64,000 bases of DNA from Felis catus (taxonomy: Eukaryota), in NCBI RefSeq assembly GCF_018350175.1, contig NC_058368.1, positions 39,124,001 to 39,188,000 on the forward strand. The letters are read 5' to 3'. Below the pieces are notes generated by a model. That model had not been told where the DNA came from. It saw nothing but the letters and a program-made list of their open reading frames with translations, and did not search any database. The position numbers and the translations under genes were made by a program. Below are positions 51,821 to 62,757 of this stretch, piece by piece (within the stretch, counting starts at the first letter, position 1; every line of letters begins with the position of its first letter).

Positions 51821-52036
51821 GGGGCGCCTGGGTGGCTCAGTTGGTTAGGCGGCCGACTTTGGCTCAGGTCGTGATCTCGCGGTGAGTTCGAGCCCCGCGT
51901 CAGGCTCTGTGCTGACAGCTCAGAGCCTGGAGCCTGTTTCGGATTCTGTGTCTCCCTCTCTCTGACCCTCCCTTGTTCATGCTCTGTCTCTCCCTGTCTC
52001 AAAAATAAATAAAACGTTTAAAAAAATAAAAATAAA
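51821..52036 (+). mobile_element. Can-SINE (fairly young)
   Basis: Perfect TSD TAAAGTAACATCTTTA at 51805-51820 and 52037-52052. Confidence 0.96.
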
Positions 52037-52053
52037 TAAAGTAACATCTTTAT

Positions 52054-52102
52054 TTTTTATTATTTTTTAATGTTTATTATATCTATATCTATATCTATCT
52101 AT

Positions 52103-52181
<79 letters not shown>

Positions 52182-52349
52182 ACAAGCAGGTGAAGGGCAG
52201 AGAGAGACAGAGAGGCACGGAATCTAATGCAGGCTCCAGGCTGTGAACTATCAGCACAGAGCCCGACATGGAGCTTGAACTCACGAGCTGTGAAATGATG
52301 AACTGAGCCAAAGTCAGATGCTTAACCGACAGAGCCACACAGGCACCCC
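52054..52349 (-). mobile_element. Can-SINE with compound (TA)n(GA)n expansion
   Basis: TSD AACATCTTTAT at 52043-52053 and 52350-52360. Confidence 0.94.
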
Positions 52350-53107
52350 AACATCTTTATGTTTATATACTTTTCTCAAATAATGATCTTCAATCTCTCC
52401 ATTCAACTTGAGTCTCATATAGTTTATTGCATTCTTCTATTTGCACTTGTATCTCCCATTGTCATCTCAAACTTACCATGTCCAAAATGAGATTGTCAAA
52501 ATACTCTTCCCTTCTTCCCCACGTTCCTCAGTTACTCCTCTGGGGGGAAAAAAAGAAAGAAAGAAAAGAAAAGAAAACAAGTATCAGCACCTATACCACT
52601 ATAGATAAGTTGTCTAACAATATGCCAGTTTTCAATGTATAATCTCAAATTTATTTTTCATCCAACCCTTTCCTTTGGTCTCACAAAGACACCACCTGTA
52701 AACTCTGCTAATTCTACCTCTGAGCACAACTGTTGTATCTGGTCTTTTGTTCTATTCTCTTGCAAACTGTAATGGTAGCTGGCCAATGAAATATTCCTTT
52801 TGTATACACTTTTTTTTTTTTTGGCCTACATTACACAGGAGGAAAAGTAATGCTTCAAAATATAAATAAGATAAGCTTTACCTTGACTCTTTCTAACTTT
52901 CCTATTTTGGATCTATTTAAAAAAACAACAACTATATTTGATACTTCCAACAGAAATCTCAGGTATCATCACCATTATTTTTAATAAAAAATTTATTTCT
53001 ACTAGTATCTTATAGTTCATGCCCCAGTGTTTCACGAAAATTAGCAGAGATAATTTTACCACTGATTATTTTAGCCATGTATAGTTGTATTTAAATGTTA
53101 GTGCTTT

Positions 53108-53310
53108 GGGGTGCCTGGGTAAGTGTCCAACTTTTGATTTTGACTGAGGTCATGATCTCATGGTCATGAGATCAAGCCCCATGTTGAACCCCACATCAGA
53201 CTTGCCTGTGGGTATGGAGACTGCTTAAGATTTTTTCTCTCCCTTACCCGCTGCCCACCCCACTCACACGCACATGTGTGCTTTCTCTGAAAAAAATTTA
53301 AAAAATAAAA
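53108..53310 (+). mobile_element. Can-SINE
   Basis: TSD TAAATGTTAGTGCTTT / TAAATGTTACTGCTTT. Confidence 0.92.
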
Positions 53311-53619
53311 GTAAATGTTACTGCTTTTCATCGTTGTTAATCCTTCCTTCCACCCTCTGCTCCCAGCAATCATTTGTAGTATGCCCCCCTTCTCAGAATG
53401 TACATAAATAGAATCAGCCAGTATAAACTTATTTTGTTTAGTTTCTTTCACTCAGCATAATTAATTTAATATTCTTACATATTGTTACATGTACCATTAG
53501 TCCCTTCCTTTGTGTCACTGAGTAAAATCTAATTGTAAGGAAGAACCACAGATTTTTCATGCATCATTTGATGGACATTTCTAGTTCTGGGTAATTATGA
53601 ATAGAAGTGATATAAATTT

Positions 53620-53832
53620 GGGGCACCTGGGTAGCTCAGTAGGTTAAGTATCCAACTTTGGCTCAGGTCATGATCTCACGGTTCGTGGGTTCGAGCCCAC
53701 GTCAGGCTCTGTGCTGACAGCTCAGAGCGTGCAGCCTGCTTCAGATTCTGTCTCTGGCTCTCTCTGCCCCTCCCTAGCTTGTGCTCCATCTTTCTGTCTC
53801 TAAAATAAATAAACATTAAAAAAAATTTTTTT
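53620..53832 (+). mobile_element. Can-SINE
   Basis: TSD AAGTGATATAAATTT / AAGTGATATAAGTTT. Confidence 0.95.
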
Positions 53833-54177
53833 AAGTGATATAAGTTTCACATGTAGGTTTTCATTGTGAATATTTGTTTCATTTCTTTTGAGTAAATATC
53901 TAGGACAGGTTATGGTCAGTTTTAAATTTTTAAAGAAACTACCATGATGTTTTGCAAAGTGCATCTGTCTTTGCATTCTGATCAAGAAGTCTTGAGAGTT
54001 CCAGATGCTCTATATTCTCCCCAGCAGTTGGTGTTGTCACTTTTTTGGGGGTAAATTTTACTGATTCTAAGAGGTGTGTACTGCTATTTCTCTATGGTTT
54101 TAAATTATGTTTTCCTCATGGCTAATGTTATTACACAATTTTCATGTCTTTATTTGCCATATGTAAAACTTATTTTT

Positions 54178-54396
54178 GTTTTAAATTTTTTTTTCAACGT
54201 TTATTTATTTTTGGGACAGAGAGAGACAGAGCATGAACGGGGGAGGGGCAGAGAGAGAGGGAGACACAGAATCAGAAACAGGCTCCAGGCTCTGAGCCAT
54301 CAGCCCAGAGCCTGACACGGGCTCGAACTCCCGGACCGCGAGATCGTGACCTGGCTGCAGTCGGACGCTTAACCGACTGCGCCACCCAGGTGCCCC
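54178..54396 (-). mobile_element. Young Can-SINE (SINEC_Fc type)
   Basis: TSD AAAACTTATTTTT at 54165-54177 and 54397-54409. Confidence 0.97.
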
Positions 54397-54462
54397 AAAA
54401 CTTATTTTTTTTTTAATTGGACATACAAACCTTTTCCTATTTTACAAATTGAAAGGGCTTCC

Positions 54463-54520
54463 TTTTGTTTTTAGTTATGAGAGTTTTTAGTTTTTAGTTT
54501 TTGTTTTTAGTTATGAGAGT
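54463..54520. repeat. 22-bp direct repeat TTTTGTTTTTAGTTATGAGAGT with TTTTTAG-like spacer
   Basis: Copies at 54463-54484 and 54499-54520. Confidence 0.8.
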
Positions 54521-56644
54521 AATTTATACATTTTGGATACCAATCCTATATCAAATATTTGCTTAAAAATTTTTCCAGTATTTCCCAATCCTTTCATTTT
54601 TTTCAAGAGTCTTTTGAACAAGAGCAATACTATTAATTTTGTTGAAGCTTAATTTATCAGTGTTTTCTATGCTTCATGTTTTTTCTGTCCTTATACAAAT
54701 CATCCTTGAAAAATCCAGGATAGCAAAAAAAATTTTTTTTTTATCATTTCTCCTTCTAGAAGTCTTGTGGCTTTAGGATTTGTATTTAAGTCTATAATAT
54801 ATTCCTATCTAAAGTTTTACATATAGTGCAAGATATGTTCAAGGTTCTTTTTCCTTTTCTTTACCTTTCTTTCACATATGGATATCTGATTGTTCCAGCA
54901 CCATTTGTTTAAAAAAAAAGTACCATTCATCCACTGAGCAGTCTTTATAACTTTGTGGAAAAACAGTTGACCATAAACAAGTAATTATGTTTTGGGGCTC
55001 TGTGTTTTTTCATCTATACTATGCTGTGCTATAGTTAGTAGTAGCTTTATAGCTACTGATTCCTGAAATCAAATAGTGTGAGACTTTCAACTTTGTTCTT
55101 TGTTTTTCAAAATTGCTTTCACTGTTGAAGTACTTTCCTTTTCCATATAAAATTTAACAATCAGCTTGTCAAGATTTATCAAGTATCCTACTGGGGTTGT
55201 TAATGAAACTATTGAATCTATGGATACATTTGAAAGAATCTTTCAACCCATGAATGTTGTTTCCTTCCAATTATTTGCCTTCTTTAACTTCTGTGATCAG
55301 TGGTTTGTGGTTTTATGAATGCAAATACTGCATTTATTTTTTTAGATTTCTATGTTATATATTCAACATTTTCAGAGCAAATGTTTTTTTCAATTTTTCT
55401 CTAATATCATAGTTTCAATCTTTTTCTGTTTTATTCCTATTTAAATTTCCAAATGTTCATTGGTAATGTAAACATAGTTAATTTTTTTGTGTATGACTTT
55501 GTATCCTGCAATCTCTCTAATTCAGTTTTTAGTTATACTATGTTTTTATTTTCTTCTTTCCCCAAATGACTTAGGATTTTTTTATGTAGGCCATCTTGTA
55601 ATCTGCAAATTTTTGTTTTCTTTCTTCCTTTCCAGTGTTTACATTATTTCTTCTTCTTGCATTATTACTCTGGGTAGGTTCTTCTTCATAATGTTAATTT
55701 GGAATGATACAAGCAGAAACATTTGCATTGATGTGGATAGTAGTGAAGTCATTCAGTCTTTACCAATGGATATGACATTATCTGTAATTTTTTCATTGAT
55801 TTATTTTGCCATATTTAGCAACATTACAGTAATTACTAGTTTTCTGAGAGTTTTTATCTGAATGTGTTTCAAATTATATCCAAACGATTTTTCTGCACAT
55901 AGTGACATTGCTATATGGTTTTCATTCTCAGTACTCCACCCATGTAAGGGACATTTATGTGGGATAATTCTTTAACAGTGAGTGAAAGAAAAGCATCTTT
56001 TATTCAGTCAACTAGGATGTGTATTTTTCTGAAATTTCTTTGTTGAAGACAGCAAAGTCCTTTGATTTTTATATGGTTTTTATTTCTATACCACAATTGA
56101 TACATAAAAATTTGGGGGGGAAAGTCAATGTCACTTATTTGTAGGACATATCCTTACTAATTACACCACATACATTTCCATTCTAAATAAATTTTGTGTA
56201 TCTGACTTGCTTCTTAGAAATTACCATGGTTCTTATTCTAAGAACCAAAAGATACTTCCCCGTTATTTCTTCAGTACTCTAAATGTATGCTTCACTTCCT
56301 TTTTTCCTCCTTAGAAATATTTAGAAGTATTTATATAATAAATTTAAACTCTTTCATGTGACATAGTATAAGACTTTTGCAGGCCTGTGAAACTTTCATT
56401 GTGCAAAAATTCCTTAACCACGTTGTACAAGAATTTCTTTACCAGACATATACTAAAGCCACATGATAAATACTCTCAGAAAAATAAGAATAGAAGAAAA
56501 CTTCTTCAATTGACAAAGGACATTAACAGGTAGTAGGTGAAAGACAAGAATGTCAGTTGTTACCATATATATTTAACCTTTCCTAGGTGCCCCTGCAAGT
56601 GCAATGAAACAAGAAAAGGATGAATTAAAAATAATGAAACATTA

Positions 56645-57001
56645 GGGTGCTTGGGTGGCTCAGTCGGTTGGATGTCTGACTCTTGATTTCAGCTCAGGTC
56701 ATGATTTCACAGTTTGTGGGATCGACCCCACATTCAGGTCTGTGCTGACAGCAGGGAGCCTGCTTGGGATTCCCTCTCTCCCTCTCTCTCTGCTCCTCCC
56801 CCCCCCCCCCACTGACGTTTACTCTCTCTCTCTCTCTCTCTCAAAATAAATAAACATTAAAAAAAAAAAAAAACTAGGAGCACCTGGGTAGCTCTGTTGG
56901 TTAAGCGTCTGACTCTTGGTTTTAGCTCAGGTTGTGATCTGATACTTTGTGGGTTCGAGCCCTGCATCCAGCTCACACTGACTGGTTGGAGACTGCTTGG
57001 G

Positions 57002-57053
<52 letters not shown>

Positions 57054-57121
57054 CTCTCTGCCCCTCTCCTGCTCTCTCTCTCTCTGTTTCTCTCAAAACA
57101 AATAAACTTTAAAAGAATTTA
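56645..57121 (+). mobile_element. Two head-to-tail Can-SINEs (56645-56872, 56876-57121)
   Basis: Two complete SINE bodies; outer imperfect TSD AAAAATAATGAAACATTA / AAAAATAATTAAACATGA. Confidence 0.93.
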
Positions 57122-57237
57122 AAAAATAATTAAACATGATTATCTACAAGGAAAATGTTAATAAAATTCAAGAACAGTTATGAGACATGATAAATAATGT
57201 TTGGAAGGTTCCAGTATAAAAAGACTATGACTATATT

Positions 57238-57284
<47 letters not shown>
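57238..57284. repeat. (GATA)n tetranucleotide STR, 11 perfect units plus GAT
   Basis: Direct reading. Confidence 0.95.
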
Positions 57285-57680
57285 GTAGTTTTTTATATAC
57301 TAATAAGAAACACTTGGAGAATGAAGTTAAACTTATTATTTTCAAGCTTTAGTAAATGAGAAATTCTAAGGAATAAATTGAATAAAACTTTGCACAAAGC
57401 TAATACACTGGAAACTATAAAATATTTTGGGGCAGGTTAAAGAGGACATAAATAAATAGACAATGCTATTGGATTGTAAGACTTAATTTGTTAAAATATC
57501 AGTTTTCTCCAAAAATTATATTTGGATTAAACACATTCCCAATCAAGATCCCAGAAGTCTTTCTTATATAGCACTTGACAAGCTGTTTCTAAAATTGCTT
57601 AAAAATGTAAAGAACCTAGAATAGTCAAGGTATTTTGACAGAAAATAGGAAGACTTGTATGACCTGATCTCATGACTTAC

Positions 57681-57873
57681 TTTTTTTTAAAGTTTATTTA
57701 TTTTAAGAGAGACAGCACGGAAGGAAGCAAGGGAGGGGGACAGAGAATCCCAAGCAGGCTCCTTGCTCTCAGCACAGAGCCCAAAGCGAGGCTTCATCCC
57801 ATGAACTATGAGAACGTGACCTGAGCTGAAATTAAGAGCCAGATGCTTAACCTATTGAGCCACCCAGGTGTCC
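57681..57873 (-). mobile_element. Can-SINE
   Basis: GAGAATCCCAAGCAGGCTCC...GAGCCACCCAGGTGTCC. Confidence 0.92.
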
Positions 57874-58785
57874 TTACTTAAAAAAAATATATTATAGACA
57901 ATATGGAATTTACATAAAGATACATAGAGATGAATGGAACAGAAGAATGAATTCATAAGATCCACATATATATGGTCGATTGATTTTAGACAAACATGCC
58001 AAGTTAGTTTATGGGGAAATAATAGTTTTGCAAGCAAATTTTACTGAAGCAATTGAATATCCATATGGAATATAATGAAACTCAAACCTTTTTTCAAACA
58101 AAGCATTAAAGTTATCTTAAAATGGGCCATAGGCTTCAGGGTAAAAGCTAAACGATATTTCTAGTAGAAAATATAGATTATTGTGACCTCAGGTTAAGCA
58201 AATATGGATTAGAAAAGCCACTAAAAAAAAAAAAAAGAAGATGATAAATTGCATTTTACCAAAAAAAAACTCAAAATTTCTGCTCTTTTAAGATACCACT
58301 AAGAAAACAACACAACAATGTTGTGGAATATAATATGCACACTATAAATATATCATAGAGCCTCTATCAACAATATATAAATAACTACAGCTCTCTAAGA
58401 CAAAAACAAAAACAAAAAACATGTAATACTATCATAAGTGCATAAGAATATCAATAAAGGCATAGTCTCATCAAAGTCTTATAAATTAATGGCTTTGTTT
58501 TTAGCTATATTTCAGCTATTATCAATTTAATATTTGCTCATTCATGAAGGATAAATGATGTTTCAATGTATTTTCTCTATGCATTTTAAATTAGAAATTA
58601 AATTTACATTTTCCAGTTTTTGGTCATTTGATTGTTTTTCTTCATTTATGTTTATACCTTTTGGAGCAATTTATTTTTAATAAATATGACTGAGGTCTGT
58701 ATCTTTTAAAGGATATTTACTTCAATAAATTTAATAGAATGTCATAAATATGCCTTACTGAGGTTACATTTTTGAAATGAGTCTT

Positions 58786-58965
58786 AGGGGTGCCTGGGTG
58801 GTTCAGTCAGCTAAGTGTCCCAACTCTTGATTTTGACTCAGGTCATGATCTCACTGTCATGACATCCAACCTGCTTGAGATTCTCTCTCCACTCCTCTCC
58901 CACTCATGCTGTATCTCTCCCATTCTGTCTCTCTGTCTCTCAAAATAAATAAACATTTAAAAACA
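58786..58965 (+). mobile_element. Can-SINE (internally deleted)
   Basis: GGGGTGCCTGGGTGGTTCAG head, AATAAA tail. Confidence 0.9.
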
Positions 58966-60034
58966 TAAAATGACTAATAAAATGAAAGTGAGTTTTTAGA
59001 ACCTCAAAGGGAAATGTGTAACAAATATTTATACTAACATTTTCAGTAAGTGTTTAACTCCATGCAATAAATACAAAGTTCCATACTACTATTTGTTTAG
59101 CTTATCATATGAATGTAGTAACATGATTAATAAACTTTTAAGAAACCTTGCCAAGGAATTGGGTTTTAACCTGAAATACAGCTATAGCAGTAAGTACAGA
59201 GAGGTGTTAAGATAGTCACGTGTTAAAATAGCTCATATGTTAGTAAAGTTCTATTCTGGATCAGAATGTTCTGAATCAAAGTGCATGGATATGTGGAAAT
59301 TCAAGGCACTTTTTACCCTGTTGTGCCGGGGGAGAAAAATACAGTGCCATCTGTTCAAATGACATACAAAGAAAAATTTGGCTATTGGATCAGACAGCAC
59401 TTAAGGGAAATAGTTCTCTGATTCTTTTGATGGAGCCACAGTGAGAACATTCTTTTCAATGATCTTCTCCCTTATTTCAAGCCATCAAGATGTAAGCCCT
59501 ATAATTGAAATTAATTATATACTTTAGATTTGATGGAAGTGGGGAAGAGGTTGTAATCATGTCACCTGTCCCAATTTGGACTTCCATATGGATATTCACC
59601 TTTCTAAGATGAGAAACTTGTCAGTGTGGACAAGATAATACTCTTCATTGGCTGTTTTAATTCTATTATCACATCTTATCCTAACCCAAGGAGAATGGTA
59701 TAGCTCAGGGCCCTGTTTCTAGCATCATCTCCAAACCAAAGTCTGTTTCACTGGAGAAAAGGAAAGCAAGACTTTATTAGTGTTTATGTTAGGATTCCTA
59801 GAGATAATGGAGACAGATATTGGATATTTACTCAGGAATTTTCTTTGTGGTCCTTTAATAGGCAGAGAAGTACATTTCAGATGTTTTCTGTGCATATGTA
59901 TATACACATATTCCCAACATGTAAATATACATAGACAAACCTATATTATCTCTCCTTGTACTAATAAGTAGTTTTTTGATTTTTGTTTTTTTTTACCAGG
60001 CAAATAATCCTGAGTTTTCAGTGCAGGTTAGTAT

Positions 60035-60240
60035 TTTTTTTTTTAACTTTTTTAATGTTTATTTTTGAGAGAGAGACAGAGTGCAAGTGGGGGAGGGGTA
60101 GAGAGAGGGAGACACATAATCTGAAGCAGGCTCCAGTCCCTGAGCTATCAGCCTGACATGGGGCTCAAACCCACAAACTGCGAGATCATGACCCGAGCCA
60201 AAGTCAGATGCTTAACTGAATGAGCCACCCAGGCACCCCC
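60035..60240 (-). mobile_element. Can-SINE
   Basis: T-tail, GAAGCAGGCTCCAG, GAGCCACCCAGGCACCCC head. Confidence 0.93.
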
Positions 60241-60846
60241 TATCTAAGTTACTATTGAAAGAAAAATGAAGAACAAAAATGAGCTCGTCTCCTAGAAACC
60301 TGCTTTTTGGACAATGTATAAATATCTTAATTCCTTATCAACATCCAGTTCTATAAATAAAAAGCCAGTAAAAGTTGCAATGATTGTAGTGGATCCAGAA
60401 AATTAATTTTTATAATAAATCCAGCCAGTAAGTGCCTTTACCAATATCCCTTTAGCCTACTAACAATAAAAAATGTTATTTTTTCATTTAATAGGGTCAA
60501 TAATTTAATAGAAGCTGTACTAAGTTTTTTCTTTCCATTTGAACACAAAATATGTAATTTTAAAAATAACCTACAGTTTAGGGCAAAGCTCTAGAGATAT
60601 ATGCCATCTTCTATACAGAATATCACCATTGTAATTTCTTTCAGGTATCCTATGAATTTGGTTACTTTATGAACAAGAATGCTCTGTAAGAAAGAGAAGG
60701 TGGTCAATGAGGCTTTAAATGTCTTTATTAATACTGCATATCAGCACATATTATTGCCCTCGTTGTGACATTTCTCCTTCTAATATACATAAATCTCTCA
60801 TTACATGGCAAGTTTATTTTACTATTGCATTTAAGCCAGTAAATCT

Positions 60847-61234
60847 GGGGGCCCCTGGGTGGTTCAGTGGGTTAAGCCTCCGACTCTTGATTTAGGCTTA
60901 GGTTACAATCTCATGGTTCATGAGTTTGAGCCCCTCATCGGGCTGTGTACTGGCATTGCAGAACCTGCTTGGGATTCTTTCTTTCTCTGCTCCTCTCCTG
61001 CTCATGCTCACTCTCTCAAAAATAAATAAGGTGTACTGGATGGTTCAGTCAGTTAAGCATCCAACTCTTGGTTTCAACTCAGGTCATGATCTCATGGTTC
61101 ATGGTTTCAAGCACCATGCTGGGCTCTGAGCTTACAGAGTGGATCCTGCTTGGGATTCTCTCTCTCTGTTTCTCTCTCTGCCCCTCCCCTGCTTGCTCTC
61201 TCTCTCTCTAAAGAAACTTTAAAAATAAGTAAAT
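60847..61234 (+). mobile_element. Two head-to-tail Can-SINEs (60847-61029, 61030-61234)
   Basis: Second head starts right after the first AATAAATAA; outer imperfect TSD AAGCCAGTAAATCT / AAACCAGTAAAATAT. Confidence 0.92.
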
Positions 61235-61649
61235 AAACCAGTAAAATATGGATTAGTAGAAGGGAAATTGTGTCAAATGCTAAGATGCTTTCATCTCCTA
61301 GTAGTTGAACAGAAAACAGAAACATAACCCCGAGTTTATGAACAGTGCTTACAGTGTGGACCTGAGATGTTTACAGATTCAGTCTTTCTAGCTTCTGCAC
61401 CATAAGCAACATTAAGAACATTAAATGTTCTAATTTTTCATTGAGAGATGCTGGGGATGGCAATATTGTCTGTGGGTGTGTGTTTTAGAAAACATCAGCA
61501 AGTCAGGGAAAAGACCAGAAGATTCTGAAAGTGCATATATTTTTGTGGAGAACAAGACAATCATGGGTTGTATTACTGAAAGAAAGGGACTGTTGACATA
61601 TGGACATACTCTATCCGCATTTGAATTTTCTCCACATGTTTAAATTTCT

Positions 61650-61860
61650 TTTTTTTTTTCAAAGTTTATTTTTTTGGGGACAGAGAGAGACAGAGCATGA
61701 ACGGGGGAGGGGCAGAGAGAGAGGGAGACACAGAATCGGAAACAGGCTCCAGGCTCTGAGCCATCAGCCCAGAGCCTGACGCGGGGCTCGAACTCACGGA
61801 CCGTGAGATCGTGACCTGGCTGAAGTCGGACGCTTAACCGACTGCGCCACCCAGGTGCCC
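61650..61860 (-). mobile_element. Young Can-SINE (SINEC_Fc type)
   Basis: Perfect 18-bp TSD CCACATGTTTAAATTTCT at 61632-61649 and 61861-61878. Confidence 0.97.
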
Positions 61861-62223
61861 CCACATGTTTAAATTTCTATATATATTAACCTTTATTAAT
61901 CTATCAGATAGAGCCTATATAAACCTGCAGAAAACATAAATTTCTGAATCTTTGGCAGAAATTCTGTGTGTGGAAATACAAACAAATTAACAGGGATAAG
62001 TCTTTTTCCAGTCTCTGACTCTCAAGAATGAATCCACTAAATTCCAAAAATCTTTTATATTGAAAAAACATACTAGATGAACATATATATTTCTCCCACA
62101 GTATTAACTAAATTCATTATTAGCATTAAGCTCTGTTATTAAGTAAAGGTAAGATCTTATTGTCTCCTAACATTAAAAAGTACATGAACAATGTCATGAT
62201 AATTTAGAAACTCTCAAAAGTTA

Positions 62224-62435
62224 GGGGGCCTAGGTGGCTTAGTCAGTTAAGCGTCTGACCAGCTCAGGTCACGATCTCATGGTTTGTGAGTTTAAGCCCC
62301 GCTTTGGACTGTGTGCTGACAACTCAGTGCCTGGAGCCTGCTTCAGATTCTGTGTCTCCCTCTCTTTCTGCCCTTCCCCTGCTTGTGCTCTGTCTCTCAA
62401 AAAATGAATACATGTTAAAAAAATCATTAAAAATC
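62224..62435 (+). mobile_element. Can-SINE
   Basis: TSD TCAAAAGTTA on both sides. Confidence 0.93.
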
Positions 62436-62559
62436 TTTCAAAAGTTAAGGGAACTACTTTTACATATATTAGACTAGCTTGTGTGTAACTGAGTTTCAAA
62501 GAATGATTAGAATAACCTCAATCTTTCCTTAAAAAAAGTATTCATGTTGTGGTCCAGTT

Positions 62560-62680
62560 TCTCTCATTTTAAGAAAAGAGGTTCAGGCCAAAATCAGAAA
62601 GTGATCCAACTAGTAAGTGACAAAGCAGGAATCTGAGACCAGATCTAACTGATTCTAATACACTTATATTCTGTCCTCTA
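62560..62680 (-). mobile_element. MIR remnant
   Basis: CTCATTTTAAG...CAACTAGTAAGTGACAAAGCAGGAATCTGAGACCAGATCT. Confidence 0.6.
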
Positions 62681-62690
62681 TATTGTGCTA

Positions 62691-62757
62691 CAATTCAGTA
62701 AGATACAACAACTGATATATGTATCAATTCAGTAAGATACAAAATTGAGGTATGTTT
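62691..62757. repeat. ~34-bp tandem duplication (perfect core CAATTCAGTAAGATACAA)
   Basis: Copies start at 62691 and 62725. Confidence 0.85.

Larger units (their letters stand above)
51560..52900. mobile_element. L2 LINE remnant (hosts two SINEs)
   Basis: AAAAGCTTTTGACA...GCTCCTTCTC...CATCTCAAACTTACCATGTCCAAAA. Confidence 0.6.
53330..55930 (-). mobile_element. Old L1 (L1MB/MC-like) ORF2 to 3' region, with nested SINEs
   Basis: TTGTTCCAGCACCATTTGTT, CAACTTTGTTCTT, ATCAGCTTGTCAA, GAAGTCATTCAGTCTTT. Confidence 0.8.
56400..58400 (+). mobile_element. Old L1 ORF2 remnant, with nested SINEs and a GATA repeat
   Basis: ACTTGACAAGCTGTTTCTAAAATT, CCTAGAATAGTCAAG, TGATTTTAGACAAACATGCCAAG. Confidence 0.75.

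Noticed and set aside
53330..58400. Divergent old L1 pieces suggesting a twin-priming inversion
   Set aside because: Both cover the same part of ORF2 and the antisense one carries its own 3' end, so they are two independent insertions.
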